Shown here piece after piece: positions 62,207-64,000 of a stretch of 64,000 nucleotides of DNA. Position 1 is the stretch's first letter. Each line of letters opens with the position of its first letter. The notes under the pieces are model-generated. The model ran no database searches. It was not told where the DNA came from and was given only the letters and a program-made list of their open reading frames with translations. Source of the stretch: Thermoproteota archaeon (GTDB taxonomy: Archaea; Asgardarchaeota; Njordarchaeia; Njordarchaeales; Panguiarchaeaceae); the NCBI GenBank assembly GCA_024720975.1, contig JANJXX010000005.1, positions 7,059 to 71,058 of the forward strand, written 5' to 3'. A program made the position numbers and the translations under genes.

Positions 62207-63652
62207 TTAGCCTTTCCATACAGCTATTGGTGCGGCGTAAAATACTTTCTTGGCAATCTGTGCTGTATGTGCGCTTTCAATAACTTCATGTAAATCCTTG
62301 TATGACTGAGGTGCCTCCTCGGCAACAACCTCCAAAGATGTGGCCTTAACTAGAATCCCTTTGCTAGCTAGCCATTGGATTACTTGCTTTCCACTAAACC
62401 TCCTCGTAGCACCAGTTCTTGACATCTGGCGCCCAGCACCATGGACAGTTGAACCAAAAACCTCCTTCATAGCGGTCTCTGTGCCTACTAGGACGTAGCT
62501 TCCCTGCAACATATTTCCACCAACTAGTATCGGCTGGCCGATATCCCTATAATCGGCGGGGAGTTCTGGTCTACCAGGTGCAAAACCTCTCGTAGCTCCC
62601 TTTCTATGTACAATAACATCTACACTCGAACCGTCTATAATATGCCTCTCTACCTTAGCAATGTTATGCGCAACGTCGTATAGTAGGTCGAGTTTAACTC
62701 CTTCACCAAAGATTTTCCAGAAAGATTCTCTAACCCAGTGCATTATCATTTGCCTATTAGCGAATGCGTAATTCGCTCCACACTTCATAGCTGCGAAATA
62801 TCTCTCTCCCTCTGGACTCTTAAATGGTGCACATGCTAATTGCTTATCTCGTAATTTGATGTTGTATTTTCTAGCAGCGCTCTCCATAACCTCAATGTAG
62901 TCGGAGGCTATTTGGTGACCGAGACCTCTAGATCCCGTGTGAATCATTACAACGATCTGACCAACTTCTTTGATTCCTAACTTCTTTGCGATTTCCTCAT
63001 CGAATATCTGATCTACGACCTCAACCTCCATGTAATGATTACCAGCTCCTAAAGTTCCGAGCTGTGGAGCTCCCCTCTCCTTTGCTCTTCGCGATACAAA
63101 TTCGGCCCTTGCCCCCTCTAATCTCCCATTATCTTCAATGTGTTCTAGGTCTTTTTTAGTACCGAAACCCTTCTCAACAGCCCAATAAGAACCCTCCTCA
63201 AGAACTTCATCCAATTCCTGAAGGGTCAGTTTAATAACGCCTGATCTTCCCACACCAGCAGGAACGGTTCTCGCCACTTCGTCCAGTAATCGATTGAGTT
63301 TTGGTTTGACTTCATCAACAGTTAGGTCTGTAACGAGCATTCTGACTCCACAATTTATGTCGAATCCTACCCCACCTGGACTAATAATTCCACTTTCGAT
63401 GTCGAATGCAGCGACGCCCCCTATAGGGAAGCCATAGCCTGTATGAGCGTCAGGAAGAGCAATAGCCCACTTTACAATCCCCGGAAGTGTAGTTAGATTG
63501 ATAAGCTGCTGGATTGCCTCTGGCTCCATGTTTGAAAGCAACTTCTTAGACATATATAGTCTAGCCGGCGTTTGCATGTACGGTCTAAAATTTTTGGGAA
63601 TTTCCCATACATTTGGTCTTACTTGTTTCACTTGGTTCCAAAATTCTTCCAT
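62207..63652 (-). CDS. rtcB: RNA-splicing ligase RtcB
   Basis: GFDINCGVRM, HTGSRGLGHQ and NYAFANRQ motifs. There is no intein-sized insertion. The ATG at 63652 is preferred to the TTG at 63700. Confidence 0.9.
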   Translation of the reverse strand: MEEFWNQVKQVRPNVWEIPKNFRPYMQTPARLYMSKKLLSNMEPEAIQQLINLTTLPGIVKWAIALPDAHTGYGFPIGGVAAFDIESGIISPGGVGFDINCGVRMLVTDLTVDEVKPKLNRLLDEVARTVPAGVGRSGVIKLTLQELDEVLEEGSYWAVEKGFGTKKDLEHIEDNGRLEGARAEFVSRRAKERGAPQLGTLGAGNHYMEVEVVDQIFDEEIAKKLGIKEVGQIVVMIHTGSRGLGHQIASDYIEVMESAARKYNIKLRDKQLACAPFKSPEGERYFAAMKCGANYAFANRQMIMHWVRESFWKIFGEGVKLDLLYDVAHNIAKVERHIIDGSSVDVIVHRKGATRGFAPGRPELPADYRDIGQPILVGGNMLQGSYVLVGTETAMKEVFGSTVHGAGRQMSRTGATRRFSGKQVIQWLASKGILVKATSLEVVAEEAPQSYKDLHEVIESAHTAQIAKKVFYAAPIAVWKG

Positions 63653-63719
63653 CCTTATGTCTAATGGAGGACCTGCCACGCTAATCACCGAGTAGAACAA
63701 TATAATTTTGTGAGTTTAA

Positions 63720-63781
63720 ATCTAATAGCATTTGAATTTCAGAATCCTTTCAGAATTTCGTTTAGGATCTAATAGCATTTG
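63720..63781. repeat. 15-bp exact direct repeat (ATCTAATAGCATTTG x2) in the rtcB upstream region
   Basis: Copies lie at 63720-63734 and 63767-63781. TTTCAGAAT is also duplicated between them. Confidence 0.6.
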
Positions 63782-64000
63782 CTCAAAGCAAGTGAATCCA
63801 GCACAAAGTATTTGATAATGGCGTCCGAAAATCAGGCAAGCAACATTAATAATTTGCTTTACAGTTATCTCAACTTTAGGTTGCATGGGCTAATTATTTT
63901 TGAACTCACGAGATTTTTAAATGAAAAATGAAATGTTCATAGTGGTATATACTAACGTTGGTGCCTTTATTGAGCGTAAGAGAATTCGCTAGATTTCTCA

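Noticed and set aside
62207-63700. Possible intein or split in RtcB, and similarly in other large conserved genes.
   Set aside because: The RtcB length (~480 aa) and its uninterrupted motif order leave no room for an intein. No HNH/LAGLIDADG-like insert was seen.
1-64000. I searched by eye for CRISPR arrays, tRNA and rRNA genes, IS elements, transposase/TnpB/integrase genes and known defence-system genes.
   Set aside because: I saw no regularly spaced short repeats, no tRNA-like T-arm/acceptor patterns in the intergenic regions, and no transposase- or integrase-like ORF. The three-copy RNA element therefore has no visible mobility gene in this window. This was not an exhaustive computational scan.

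Overview
This is an AT-rich archaeal chromosomal segment with crenarchaeal (Thermoproteota-type) gene content: Alba, archaeal S7, S12 and S25e, a TFB paralogue, type-II GAPDH, RtcB, NreA, ThiDN, BpsA and a presenilin-type protease. About 75 tightly packed CDS lie on both strands, many with overlapping stop and start codons. I found no rRNA, tRNA, CRISPR array, transposase or integrase by eye.

Recognisable modules:
- Glycolysis: pgk (3' part) and gap.
- Arginine and pyrimidine metabolism: argF and an orphan pyrI.
- Ni-insertion hydrogenase maturation: hypA plus an Mrp/MinD-type ATPase.
- Thiamine and thio-tRNA: thiI and thiDN.
- A branched-polyamine cluster: speH, bpsA, speB, with two radical SAM genes interleaved.
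- An ECF-type transporter: QueT-like S component, A and T components.
- Lipid head-group enzymes: a CDP-alcohol phosphatidyltransferase divergent from a secreted PLD.

The most striking unexplained signal is a ~200-nt GC-rich element present three times: 31661-31861 (+), 34402-34602 (+) and 46576-46779 (-). Each copy is preceded by the same BRE/TATA-like promoter block. The copies show compensatory stem changes, a sharp common 3' boundary, and no conserved reading frame. I interpret it as an unclassified structured RNA family, possibly mobile or promoter-carrying. Two copies sit exactly where the canonical rps12-rps7 linkage is broken.

Other points of interest:
- A probable C/D box sRNA overlapping the 3' end of the geranylgeranyl reductase gene.
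- A secreted clan-CD (caspase/legumain-like) protease with a recently duplicated PPC domain pair.
- A five-gene overlapping operon: two small proteins, a wHTH protein, a PurM-like protein ending in Cys, and a fucose-isomerase-like protein.
- Several unusual fusions and orphan genes.

All calls rest on motif recognition by eye. No database search was run.
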